Shown here piece by piece: positions 51,758-62,232 of a DNA stretch of 64,000 nt. The notes below the pieces were generated by a model. It was given only the letters and a program-made list of their open reading frames with translations, was not told where the DNA came from and searched no databases. Source of the stretch: Bdellovibrionales bacterium (GTDB lineage: Bacteria; Bdellovibrionota; Bdellovibrionia; Bdellovibrionales; UBA1609); assembly GCA_965219095.1 (NCBI GenBank), contig OZ244719.1, positions 546,142 to 610,141 of the forward strand. Reading direction: 5' to 3'. The position numbers were made by a program, and so were the translations under genes. Numbering within the stretch: position 1 is the stretch's first letter; every line of letters starts with the position of its first letter.

Positions 51758-54273
51758 AGAAAATTCTCCTTGTCGATGTAAGCTCTCTATTCTTTAGAGC
51801 CTTTTACGCTCTACCCCCTATGTATAACTCTAAAGGATTTCCTACGAACTCACTTTACGGACTCTGCAACACAAGTTTAAGCCTCTTAAAAGATAAAAAT
51901 TTAAAGTACATGGTGTACTGCTTTGATCGAAAGGAAGCTTCTTTTAGAAATGAGCTTTATGAAGACTATAAAAAAAACAGAGAAGATATGCCTGATGAAT
52001 TAAGTTTGCAAATGCCTTACATTAAAAAACTTGTGGATGCTTTAGGAATCCCCCGCTTAGATAAAAAAGGTTATGAGGCAGATGATGTCATTGGCACTTT
52101 AGCCCAACAGTATGCCAAGAAAGGTTATGATGTTTCCATCATTAGCGGAGATAAAGATTTCGCACAACTCATAAATAGCAAAATCACTATGTACGATCCT
52201 ATGAAAAAAGTACTTTTTGACCCTCAAACAGTAAAACAAAAATGGGGGATCTTACCTTCACAAATGATTGATTACTTAGCTCTTGTAGGAGACCCTTCTG
52301 ACAATGTCCCTGGAGTAAGTGGCATAGGTGCTAAAACAGCTGAGAAACTTCTTACTGAGCATAAAAGCTTAAACCAAATTTACAAAACCTTAAAACATAT
52401 CAAACCCAGCTTAAAAGAAAAACTTAAAGTGGGAAAAAAACTGGCCTACCTCTCTAAAGAGCTTGTCACTATAGAAACAGGTCTCAAACTCAAAGCCTCT
52501 CTTAAAGATCTGGAGGTTAAAAACTTTAGTCCTCATTTAAAAGATCTATTTGAAGAACTTGATTTTAAAAAATTCAAAGAAAAACTCTACTCTCAGGAAA
52601 CACCTGATAAAGCAGTAGAACAAAAACCAAAAAGAACAAAAGCTTACAAGAATCCAAAAGTATTAGATTGGAAATATGAAGATTTTAAAGATAACCTTAA
52701 ACCTTACACTTCAATTTTATCTTTTTTCTTTAAAGACCAAGTCTTCTTCAGTATAGAAAAAAATCAAATCATAAATTTCAAAGGTTCTTTTAAAAATCTC
52801 AACTGCCTTTTTAAAGAAAAAAAAATAACTTGGTCTGGTTTTGATCTTAAGGAAATCTGGAAAGCTCTTCAAGCTGAGGAGCCTATAGCTTCTCAAGATT
52901 TTATGCTTACAGCCTATGTTATAACCTCTCAATCAGTTAAAGATTTTTCTTCCCTTTGCGAAATGCTTCTCAAAACCCCTCTCCCCTCTGAACCTTCTGT
53001 TGAAGAGATCTACAAAGCCCATATAGAACTAGAAAGCACTTTAAATAAAAAAATAAAGGATTCTTCGCAAAAAAAAGTTCTAGAAGAATTAGAACTGCCC
53101 CTTATTTCCACTCTTTATAGAATGGAACAAAAAGGCATTACCATTGATATAAATAATTTCAAAAAATTAGAAAAGAAAACAGCTCAAGAAATCACAGTTT
53201 TAGAAAAGAAAATTTATAAAGAATCAAACCAAACTTTTAACATAGCTAGTCCTAAGCAGCTTTCTGAAGTTCTATTTCAATCCATGGGTTTGCCCATTTT
53301 AAAGAAAACAAAAACAGGACTCTCTACAGGAGTTGATGTTTTAACAAAGCTAGCCCCTCGGTACCCTATTTGTAAATATCTCATTGAATACAGAGAACTT
53401 ACAAAACTCCAATCCACTTATATCAAAGCCTTGCCACAGCTAGCCCATCCTCAAACTCATAAAATACATACCTCTTTCAAACAAGCCGTTACCACAACAG
53501 GAAGGCTTTCCAGTGTGAATCCTAATTTGCAAAACATTCCTATCCGCACATTCCGAGGAAAAGAGATTCGAGAATCTTTCATAGCCTCTCCTAAAAAAGT
53601 TCTCTTATCCATAGATTACAGCCAAATTGAATTAAGGATTTTAGCTCATATTAGTGAAGATAAAAATTTATGTGAAGCTTTTCATAAAAACTTAGACATT
53701 CATGCTATGACAGCTAGCGAAGTGTTTGGAGTGCCTTTATCAAAAGTCAGTGAGGAACAAAGACGGCAAGCTAAGGCTGTAAACTTTGGTATTGCTTACG
53801 GACAAGGTGTTTACGGCCTTTCAGAAGCTCTTAACATTCCGAGAGGTTATGCCAAAACAATTATTGACACTTACTTTAAGAAGTTCCCTAGTATAAAATC
53901 TTACATCCATGAAACCCTTCAAAAAGCTCACAAATTAGGTTACGTAGAAACCCTTTTTGGACGAAGGCGGTACATAAAGGAACTTAAATCCCACAATCCA
54001 GCTTTACAAAAATTTGGACAAAGAGCAGCCATCAACGCTCCTATGCAGGGAACAGCAAGTGACTTGATCAAAAAAGCCATGATCATTATCGATGGAGAAG
54101 TGCAAGCTCCTATGCTTCTACAAGTTCATGATGAACTCTTGCTTGAATGCCCTTCGTCACAAGCCAAAAAAATAGCCCTTCAAAGTAAAGAAATTATGGA
54201 GAGTGTTGCAAAGTTTTCGGTTCCTTTAAAAGTGAACATCTCTATTGGAAAAAACTGGAAAGAAGCTCATTAA
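51754..54273 (+). CDS. polA: DNA polymerase I
   Basis: 5'-3' exonuclease (GYEADDVIGT, GDPSDNVPGV); polymerase motifs DYSQIELR, KAVNFGIAYG, QVHDEL. Confidence 0.98.
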   Translation: MKKILLVDVSSLFFRAFYALPPMYNSKGFPTNSLYGLCNTSLSLLKDKNLKYMVYCFDRKEASFRNELYEDYKKNREDMPDELSLQMPYIKKLVDALGIPRLDKKGYEADDVIGTLAQQYAKKGYDVSIISGDKDFAQLINSKITMYDPMKKVLFDPQTVKQKWGILPSQMIDYLALVGDPSDNVPGVSGIGAKTAEKLLTEHKSLNQIYKTLKHIKPSLKEKLKVGKKLAYLSKELVTIETGLKLKASLKDLEVKNFSPHLKDLFEELDFKKFKEKLYSQETPDKAVEQKPKRTKAYKNPKVLDWKYEDFKDNLKPYTSILSFFFKDQVFFSIEKNQIINFKGSFKNLNCLFKEKKITWSGFDLKEIWKALQAEEPIASQDFMLTAYVITSQSVKDFSSLCEMLLKTPLPSEPSVEEIYKAHIELESTLNKKIKDSSQKKVLEELELPLISTLYRMEQKGITIDINNFKKLEKKTAQEITVLEKKIYKESNQTFNIASPKQLSEVLFQSMGLPILKKTKTGLSTGVDVLTKLAPRYPICKYLIEYRELTKLQSTYIKALPQLAHPQTHKIHTSFKQAVTTTGRLSSVNPNLQNIPIRTFRGKEIRESFIASPKKVLLSIDYSQIELRILAHISEDKNLCEAFHKNLDIHAMTASEVFGVPLSKVSEEQRRQAKAVNFGIAYGQGVYGLSEALNIPRGYAKTIIDTYFKKFPSIKSYIHETLQKAHKLGYVETLFGRRRYIKELKSHNPALQKFGQRAAINAPMQGTASDLIKKAMIIIDGEVQAPMLLQVHDELLLECPSSQAKKIALQSKEIMESVAKFSVPLKVNISIGKNWKEAH

Positions 54274-54480
54274 AAAATAACACAAGATACTTCATTTAAC
54301 ACAAACCAAAAATGAACAGGATACTTCTTAAAAAAGTATTTGATACTTTACTACATACCACGAGATTACAAGATAAAATAGCACCAAAGTATGTCCTATT
54401 TTCAATCTAAACAAAATGTTTTGTCTCAAAATGAAACACTTTCACTCAAGTTTTTATAGACTTTTGTCGAAAAAGTTTAT

Positions 54481-56049
54481 ATGAACTTCACTTTATTTTA
54501 TAACCTGATCCTCGCAAAAGATAAGAAAGTAGAGAGCAGGCAACTCTTTTTCTCTCGTCAATTTGTTTTAAGTCTTCTTGTTTGTTTTCTTGGTGTTTTT
54601 TTAGTTCAAGAGAGTTTTGGACAAAGTGGATGCTACTTCTGTCCTAAGGAAAAAAGATTTGATGAGGAAAAATTAAGGTGCATCGACGATCCCAGTAGCC
54701 CAGGTTATCGTCCTGACAGTGGAGGTGGTGAACTGACGACATGGTCACCTACAGTGGTTTGTAAAAAAGGATACAAAAGAAGAGGTGATTGTTGTTATAA
54801 AGCTTGTTCTGCCGGCATTGATAATGGTACTGTTGGTTGTAAACCCTCTCTTCTTTGTCCTTCTGGAGAGCAGCCTGATGAAAAATACGGTTGCAGTTGT
54901 CCTGAAAACTCTTCACACAAAGAAGGGGTTTGCGTTTGTGATAATGAAGAACAAATGCTTGCTGATGGTGTTTGTAAAAAAGACAAAAATCAAATATCAA
55001 TACAAGAAACTCAACAACTCTGCTTAAAAAAGATCCAAGAAACTCAAAGCTGCTGTTCTTCCGATGCTCAATGCGGAGAAGAGTTCACTCAAGCTCTCAA
55101 CCAAGCCACAAAAGTTAAAATCATGCCCACTCTAGGAAGCTTAGGTGCTATGTTGCTTACCTTCTCCAAAGACCCTGCTCTTTCTGCTGCAGGCACCATG
55201 GGAACTTTAGCTTCCTGTTCTCAAGGGGCTGTGAACTCTGCTGTTCTAAGATACGATACAAACTCACATCATACAGCTTGCACAAAAGCTATCGATGAGT
55301 GTCAACAGGTTTGTGGTAATATTAATCAGAATTTGTCACTTAACTGTGCCAATAACGAAGTTTCCCGAAACAAACTGGTGAAGCAAGAAGAATCAAGCCA
55401 TCAGAGTTCTGCAAAAAACATAGCTTGTGCTGTTACTTTATCTAAAGGTTTGTTAAAGCAAGCTCGACACAAAGGTAAAAAATACCCAAAGCCCTCTATT
55501 AACCTTCTTCCTCCAGATACAGCTAGAAGAGTAAAAAACATTCAGCATAAGTCTTCCTATGATTATGATTCCCCTCTTCTTTCTTTACCTGATGATAAAA
55601 ATCTACAACCTAAAGCCTCTCAAAACTCACTCACAGGCCTTAACAAAGGAAAAGCCCACAGTAGCGGATCTCTTCTTAACTCCCAGCCCTTCTCAAAACC
55701 TACCTCACCTGAAACAAACCAAAACCCCTATCTTTCAGAAGAAGAGAGCAGAGTTTTAGGAAAAGGCTTTAGCAACCAGGCAGAATTTCGTAAAAATTAC
55801 ATAGGCTTTAACATTCCTCCTTCTCAAATCAAAAAAACCACCTCCTTTAAAAGAGATAAGAAAAAAAACTTAGCTGAGGAACTTAGATCCTTATTGAATA
55901 AAGACAGAGGCCTTTCAGGAAGTGCAACTCAAACAAAGAGCAAGATCGATTACCTTCCCTACTACATAGACTTAATTGAAAAAAACAATGAAGTTTTAAG
56001 AACTATCTGTCTGAAAGGCCAGCTTTTTGATTGTAAGTATGAGCATTAA
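54481..56049 (+). CDS. Cysteine-rich secreted hypothetical protein
   Basis: Hydrophobic N-terminal segment, many Cys pairs/CxC motifs, low-complexity C-terminal half. Confidence 0.7.
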   Translation: MNFTLFYNLILAKDKKVESRQLFFSRQFVLSLLVCFLGVFLVQESFGQSGCYFCPKEKRFDEEKLRCIDDPSSPGYRPDSGGGELTTWSPTVVCKKGYKRRGDCCYKACSAGIDNGTVGCKPSLLCPSGEQPDEKYGCSCPENSSHKEGVCVCDNEEQMLADGVCKKDKNQISIQETQQLCLKKIQETQSCCSSDAQCGEEFTQALNQATKVKIMPTLGSLGAMLLTFSKDPALSAAGTMGTLASCSQGAVNSAVLRYDTNSHHTACTKAIDECQQVCGNINQNLSLNCANNEVSRNKLVKQEESSHQSSAKNIACAVTLSKGLLKQARHKGKKYPKPSINLLPPDTARRVKNIQHKSSYDYDSPLLSLPDDKNLQPKASQNSLTGLNKGKAHSSGSLLNSQPFSKPTSPETNQNPYLSEEESRVLGKGFSNQAEFRKNYIGFNIPPSQIKKTTSFKRDKKKNLAEELRSLLNKDRGLSGSATQTKSKIDYLPYYIDLIEKNNEVLRTICLKGQLFDCKYEH

Positions 56050-56097
56050 AAAATCTTTATTTTTAGCTCCCTTTACATGTTAAAATAGAGCTTAAGT

Positions 56098-57153
56098 ATG
56101 AGGTTTTTGATTCTTTTTTTTCTTATCTTTCTTCCTATCCTCTTAGAGGCTTGTGATGAAGAAAATCCCTTTTCAAAACTTAATCCCATAGCAACCCTTT
56201 TCTGTCCTCACCCGCCCTGTCATTTTTTCAACACCCCTGTTGATGAAAACATTAGAAAGGCGGCTGTAAATATATTGGGAGCAGGCATTTGTTCAGGACT
56301 TGTGATAAGGCTTAAAAGAGGAGAAAAAAAGTGTAAAGACCCTCTTCTTCTTACAGCGGGTCACTGTGTGGCACCTAGTAAGGATTTTAAACTCATTATG
56401 CTTAGTAATTATAAAGGCGTTTTTCATATTCCAAGAAAGAATATCTCCTCTCTTCAAGAAAAATGTCTTAAGCCTCACAACTGTCTTGTGAGTCCTGATT
56501 ATGTTCTGGAGGATGAATTTCATCATTCAGGAGTGGATCAAGCCCTGATTCCTATGCCGATACGATACCGCAAAAAAGGCAATATCCCTGCTTTTGAGAT
56601 CGATATAGAAAGGGTAGCAAACAAAGAAGACTTAGATTCCTGCTTTAAAGACCCTTTTCTTCAAGCAAGAGTTACTTCAGTTTTAACAAAACCTCATTTA
56701 AAAAAGATGAAAAAAAATGAACCTAAAGCTATAAAAGATTACATACAAAGCCATATTTGCCACAATCTTAGTTGGATGAAAATACGAAGAAATGAAGGAG
56801 TGATCAAAAGAATGCTAGGCCATAGATGTCCTGCTTTACCTGGTATGTCAGGGTCTTTTATAAATCTTGAATGTCATAACAAAAAAGCTCTTTTTGTTCA
56901 TGAGGGACAGCGAGTTGTAGGTACTAGTAATGAAGTTGAAGACAGAGCAGAAGCAGGTGAGATCATTTATCCTTATGAATATGAAAGAAAGGAATCTTTT
57001 AAAAACATAGCCACTCATATTGAGCCTGAGCTTCTTGAGTTTTATTTTAACAACTACTGCGATTCTAATGTGGCTTATCAAAAAAAGAAAAAAGTTTTAA
57101 AACCTTTGCTATTAATCCAAGTTTCGGTAAATAGAAAAAGCTGGTCACCTTGA
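56098..57153 (+). CDS. Trypsin-like serine protease, possible lipoprotein
   Basis: LEAC lipobox, CSG, LLTAGHC (His), VDQALI (Asp), PGMSGS (Ser). Confidence 0.8.
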   Translation: MRFLILFFLIFLPILLEACDEENPFSKLNPIATLFCPHPPCHFFNTPVDENIRKAAVNILGAGICSGLVIRLKRGEKKCKDPLLLTAGHCVAPSKDFKLIMLSNYKGVFHIPRKNISSLQEKCLKPHNCLVSPDYVLEDEFHHSGVDQALIPMPIRYRKKGNIPAFEIDIERVANKEDLDSCFKDPFLQARVTSVLTKPHLKKMKKNEPKAIKDYIQSHICHNLSWMKIRRNEGVIKRMLGHRCPALPGMSGSFINLECHNKKALFVHEGQRVVGTSNEVEDRAEAGEIIYPYEYERKESFKNIATHIEPELLEFYFNNYCDSNVAYQKKKKVLKPLLLIQVSVNRKSWSP

Positions 57154-57230
57154 GAAATGTTTTCCCGACTTCAGCGTTTTCCACTACTAAAACTTCATAA
57201 AAGTGTGCGAGCTATAGACATTCATATAAG

Positions 57231-57348
57231 AGAGATAAGAAAAAAAACTTAGCTGAAGAACTTAGATCTTTATTGAATAAAGACAGAGGCCTTTCAGGAA
57301 ATCCAACTCAAACAAAGAGCAAGATCGATTACCTTCCCTACTACATAG
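57231..57348 (+). repeat. 118-bp near-identical copy of the 3' part of the Cys-rich gene (55852-55969)
   Basis: Direct comparison shows about 4 substitutions. Confidence 0.9.
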
Positions 57349-58642
57349 TCGAACGTGAAAAATGCACAAACAGCTAAAAACAAGTGTTTTTAGCTGTAAT
57401 AGACGTTATATGATCTGACAGTTACCCTTTCTGGGTTGATAAAAAACTGTCTGTCAGTTTTCGTTCTGTTCAATCATCTTTTGCCTTACTTTTTGTTTTC
57501 CGTCAAGGAAAGTTTCCATAGGTGTTCGACCACAACACATTTTTCCCTGATGAGTTCTCCTTTCATTATATTTCACAAGCCACAAGTCAAGGTCAGACTG
57601 CAACTCTTCTATGCTTTTGTACACTTTTTTTCTAAACTCCACTTGATAAAACTCCTCTAAAATTGTTCTATGAAATCTTTCACAGATGCCATTGGTTTGA
57701 GGATGTCTTGCCTTTGTTTTTGTGTGCTCTATATCATTGATAGCCAAATAAAGCTCATAATCGTGACGATCTTGAACTCCACAGAACTCTGTACCCCTAT
57801 CTGTTAACATACGAAGCAGGGGCACATCATGGTCTTCAAAAAAAGGAAACACTCTATCATTGAGAAGGTCAGCTGCTGTAATAGGTGTTTTCGTTTTATA
57901 GAGCTTACAGAAAGCAATTTTTGAGTAAGTGTCCACAAAGGTTTGTTGATAAAGACGTCCTACACCTTTCATAGTTCCCACATAAAAAGTGTCCTGTGAG
58001 CCTAAATAACCAGGATGAGCTGTCTCTACCTCTCCGCACTCTAAATCCTCTTGTTTCTTCTTCTCTAGGGCTTGTAACTGCTCCTCTGTGAAAACCAAGC
58101 CTTCCTCTGCAGACTTCTTTTCTAAAGCTTTCAAACGCTTTTTGAAAGTCTCTAAATTATTTCTCAGCCAGACCCCTCTAACTCCTGCAGGAGAAATAAA
58201 AATTCCTTTTTTCCTTAACTCATTGGACGCTCTCAACTGTCCATAGGCAGGAAGTTCTATAGCGATCCTTAAACAAGCCTCTTCTGTCGTTTGATCAACT
58301 CTGTTTTTTAAATTAGGCTTTCTACGACTTTGCTCTCTTAATGATTCTAAACCTCCTTCCTCTTTGAGTGTCTTGTAACGATAAAATGTATCTCTTGAAA
58401 AGCCCATCACCTTACAAGCTTGAGATACATTGCCTAACTCTTCTGCTAATTGCAAAAGACCTACTTTTGATTTTATAATTCTTTCTTGATATGTCATTTT
58501 TGTTATCCTTTCTCCACCCTTTGGGGTGGTATTGTTTATTTAAAAGGGTAACCTCTTTTCATCTCTTTGACATTTCGAGACGTGTCAGATTAAGTCGCGA
58601 CTATTACATTTTAGCTGTTTGTGCATTTTTCACGTTCGACTA
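57346..58642. mobile_element. Palindromic MITE made of two IS5 left ends, interrupted by IS481
   Basis: TAGTCGAACGTGAAAAATGCACAAACAGCTAAAAACA-AG-TGTTTTTAGC|IS481|..TGTTTGTGCATTTTTCACGTTCGACTA; the arm is identical to 6984-7020. Confidence 0.85.
57395..58608 (-). mobile_element. IS481-family element, intact transposase (57454-58497)
   Basis: TGT...ACA ends and TTTTAGC direct repeat. GSQDTFYVG, LTDRGTEFCG, PQTNGICERFH. Confidence 0.94.
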
Positions 58643-59226
58643 ATTAAGGATAAGAGTTTTATGTCTTCGTATGGTTTTTGCTTCTCTTTTCATAGGTTCA
58701 ATTTTTGAAAGCATGACTCGTCTCGTCCAACTGTCTATAAATTTACCAGCCCAAGTTGGTGAAACATAGGTCCATAACTGTCGGAAGTCTTCTTTTAAAA
58801 AATAACAGCGGATACTTTTTAAATTGTACTGTATTAAATGCCTTAATTTTACTTTCTCATAAGATTTTAAATTTTCTGCATTTTTTAACAAGGGCCATCT
58901 AGCTTTTGTTAAAAGGGGTTCATACCCATCTTCTTTCATTTTTTTGTGTTCTGAAGCTCTCACTTCGTCTAAAGCCTTATTGAGTCTTGCTACGATATGA
59001 AACCGATCTAATATGTGTAAAGTTCCACTTGCCCTCTCCTTTATGACTTTTAAATAAGGCTTCCACATGTCAGAGCACACAAACCGTATCTCTTTTGACT
59101 TCTCTCCTAGTAAATCAAAGAATTTTCTAAAACTCTTTTCTGTTCGTTTCTCTCCTATCCACAACAAGCGTACACGGGTTTTGCTTATTTCATAGACTAA
59201 GGTGAGATACTGATGGTTCTTTTTCC
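58643..59226 (-). mobile_element. ISL3 internal fragment
   Basis: Near-identical to 33416-33840, plus upstream HQYLTLVYE..RLLWIG. Confidence 0.88.
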
Positions 59227-60758
59227 GTAACTGCTCACTCTCGTAAATTTTTATTTAAAGCCATAGAGATGGCTTCTAAAGAAGAATACCCTCTATTTCT
59301 CATTGTTTTAACATAGCTGGTAATGCGACAAAAATATTTCGCCATTTCTTCTGTTCTGAAACACCCTGACACTTTCTTTTTCACTTTAGTCATTCTTAGA
59401 TCTCTTTCAGCTCTGTTATTAGTAGGATCTACGTTCTTTCTTTTAGCAAAGCACAGTATTTCTGCTTCATACTTTTTAAATCGCAGCCAAAGGTTTTGAG
59501 CTTGTGTATGCTTTATTCGTCCTTTCTTGCCATTTTTTTTAGGAAATTCTGGAAGCTCTTTTAAGCCTTTTGTAAGAATACTCCTATACCTTCTCTGAAG
59601 AGTTTCGTACTCTTTTTGAGTCAGAACTCTTGACTCTTTTTTATGAACTAACTCCACAGTCTCTTTAAGAAGTTTTTTGAGATTTGTAGCCCATTTGAAT
59701 CCATTGCTTTCTTCTATAAATTTAAGCTCTCTCAAAAGGTGAGCCACACACAAAGCATGAGTTATCTTATCATAACAAAAGTAAGGACTCCAACAATCAT
59801 GCACAAGCACTCCTCCATATCTATCCAAGAGACCAATATCTTTTATGGCTTCCCTTCCACCTGAAAGGTGGAGAAACTGCAAGACTAATTCTCCTGAACT
59901 ATAAGTATGAATCCAGTAGTTTTTACCCTTAACCCTCATAGAGGTCTCATCAACATGAATGACCTCTGATTCAAGTATCTTTTCTTTCATCTGCTCTTCC
60001 CAACTTTTAAGAAACTCTCCTAATTCAGCAATGTATCTCAACATAACTGCAGGAGAAATCATTCGACCTATAAGCCCCATGTAATGTTCCCCAACACGTT
60101 GAAAAGACAGCATCTGAACTATAATGAAATTGATGATGGAAGCTCTAATGCCTACACCATACTGAAGAGGACCACTCATACCTTTAGGGAATTGACCTTT
60201 ATTTCTAGCTCCACATGAGGGACAATCCTTAACCTCAGAAGTTACAGTATGGGTCTGAATTTCATAAAAAATATCAATCTTTTTACGCTTCTCAAGGCTT
60301 TTTACCTCTGCTGTCTTTAAACACATCCCACACTGAGAACACTCTGAGGGAGAGACAGTCTCCTCACTGTTTGTATCTTTACTGTTATCAAGTCTAGAAC
60401 CCTTTTTCTGACTCCCACTAGCTTTCTTATTACGATTCCCTTGACGACTAAAATCTTGCGAAGGAGGAAGACCGCTGTTGCTGGAATTTTTTCGAACCTG
60501 TTTTTCTAAAAACACAACAATCAGAATGTTCACAACCTTAAAGAGAGATTCAACAATCACAGAAATCTCAGTAGGCACAGAACCTTTCTTTGCAAGCTTA
60601 TCAAAGTCACTTCTTATATTTTCAATCTCATTTCTGATGGAGGTCTTATTTATTGTCATTTGAAAAGAGTATTTAAAAGAAAATCTGTAAGAGCAAGACT
60701 TTTATCTTAAAACAGGTCTAAAGTTAGGGATAACTGAACAATGTAGGTGAGCAGTTAC
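59227..60758 (-). mobile_element. Single-gene IS66 (ISBst12-group-like), intact 474-aa transposase (59235-60659)
   Basis: IRs GTAACTGCTCAC. NSSNSGLPPSQD, zinc finger, HVDETS, TNNRAERDLR. Confidence 0.94.
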
Positions 60759-61727
60759 GAAAATTTTACTTTTCAAGATTGTTTGGATAAGTACTTAAAA
60801 GAGTATGTACCGACCTTAAGACAATCTACCCAACAAGCTTTAGAAATAAAAATGGTTTACATACGCTCTAAAACTTTAATCAATGTAAGAATGAAAGACA
60901 TGTCGTCTTTTGTTATTGATCATTGGATTGATTGGCTTTTAAAACATAGATCTGCAAAAAACAGAGGAAGAAAAAGCTTCCGTCATGAATTAAAGGCTTT
61001 AAGGGCTATTCTTAATTGGTGGAAAAATTATATTGACGCTGATTTTAACGTTCCTATAGTGAAACGCCATAGAGAACGTTGTCGCTATAAACAGGTTCAA
61101 GCAAGAAGACCTGATTATTTTATGAAGCCCAGAGAAGTTCAAGCTTGGATTCAATGGCTAAAAGAACATAGGTCGAACCCTGTTTATTGGCGGTTAGCAA
61201 CTTTTTTGATTTTGACAGGTACTAGAGTTAGTGAGGCTTGTGGGCTTTTATGGAGTGAAATTAATTTTGAAGATGGCTTCACTCGAATTGTGCGAACAGT
61301 ACGTTGGGATCGTTATACAAAACACCCTGTTTTGGAAGAAACGACAAAAACTTCTTGTTCAGCTAGAGTTTTACCACTTCCTGATGTTTTAATAGAAGTT
61401 TTAAAACAAATGAAGGCTGAATCTTATGGAAAAGGCTATGAAGTCGTATTTCATAATGGCAGAGGAGAACTTTTGAAATACAATGCCATTCCCTCAGCTT
61501 TTGATGCAGGTTTTAGAGCTTTAAAATTATCTTGGAGAGGAACTCATATTTGCAGACATACTTTTGCAACTTTGGCCTTGCAAGCTACAAAAAACCTATC
61601 AGCGGTTCAAGTTATTCTTGGACATACGGATCAAGCCATAACACAAAGGTATGCAAAAGCTATTGCGCTTTTAAACTCAAATACAACTCAAAAAACTGCT
61701 CAATTTATAAACCTCAAATTAAACTAA
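60759..61727 (+). pseudogene. Tyrosine integrase, core-binding and catalytic portion
   Basis: TGTRVSE, HICRHTFAT, LGHTD...TQRY; starts abruptly at the IS66 end. Confidence 0.9.
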
Positions 61728-61735
61728 AAACATTT

Positions 61736-61771
61736 ATACGCTAAAAATCACGCCAAAAATCACGCCAAAAA
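61736..61771 (+). repeat. Three tandem 12-bp repeats, putative integrase arm-binding sites
   Basis: ATACGCTAAAAA TCACGCCAAAAA TCACGCCAAAAA directly after the integrase stop. Confidence 0.6.
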
Positions 61772-61820
61772 CAGGAAAAAATGAAAATAATACAATAATT
61801 TCAATAACTTATGAAAAGTC

Positions 61821-61838
61821 TGGTGGAGGTGCCGGGAG
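61821..61838 (-). other. att core matching the 3' end of tmRNA (or an Ala-type tRNA)
   Basis: Minus strand CTCCCGGCACCTCCACCA: 3' T-stem, acceptor strand compatible with G3:U70, and ACCA. No 5' part of the RNA is adjacent. Confidence 0.65.
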
Positions 61839-61993
61839 AGTCTTGAGGATTAGGGAGAATATCGCCCAGACTATCTTCCATGAAGCAGTTTCTGTCACAC
61901 TTCTAAAGAGGTTTAAAGACCAAATCTTACTCTTTCATCTGTCCGATAAACAAACAATACGAGGTCTGTTTGCCACAATGTCGTAAAAGATCA

Positions 61994-62022
61994 TTGACAG
62001 TATGTATATTAGGGAGTAAACT
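61994..62022 (+). promoter_or_regulatory. Putative sigma70 promoter
   Basis: TTGACA-N17-TAAACT upstream of the ORF at 62051. Confidence 0.45.
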
Positions 62023-62050
62023 AACAATATAAATAAGTAAAAGGGTTTCA

Positions 62051-62232
62051 ATGTCAAAGTCAAAAACAAATAAACATAAGCAACAAACTAAAGCAGTGTC
62101 TAAAACAGTATATGGTAAATCAATAAAAAGAGTTTGTGATCCATGGGTTTCACCTGAAGAAATAGCTAACGATCAAGAAATTCAAAATAAAGCAAAAGAC
62201 ATCAAATCTATCCTTTTTAATAAAGAAAAAAG
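62051..62232 (+). pseudogene. 5' part of an unknown gene truncated by IS66
   Basis: The stop codon is supplied by the IS66 IR at 62233. Confidence 0.5.

Noticed and set aside
52600-53050. PolA middle domain lacking proofreading motifs
   Set aside because: A degenerate 3'-5' exonuclease domain is common in bacterial PolA.
61736-61771. Short direct repeats as a CRISPR array
   Set aside because: Only 12 bp, no spacers and no cas genes; better explained as integrase arm sites.
59219-62232. Flanks GGAAAAAG (minus, 59219-59226) and GAAAAAAG (62225-62232) as a target duplication
   Set aside because: Only a 7/8 match in A-rich sequence, and the two sides belong to unrelated genes (ISL3 versus an unknown ORF).
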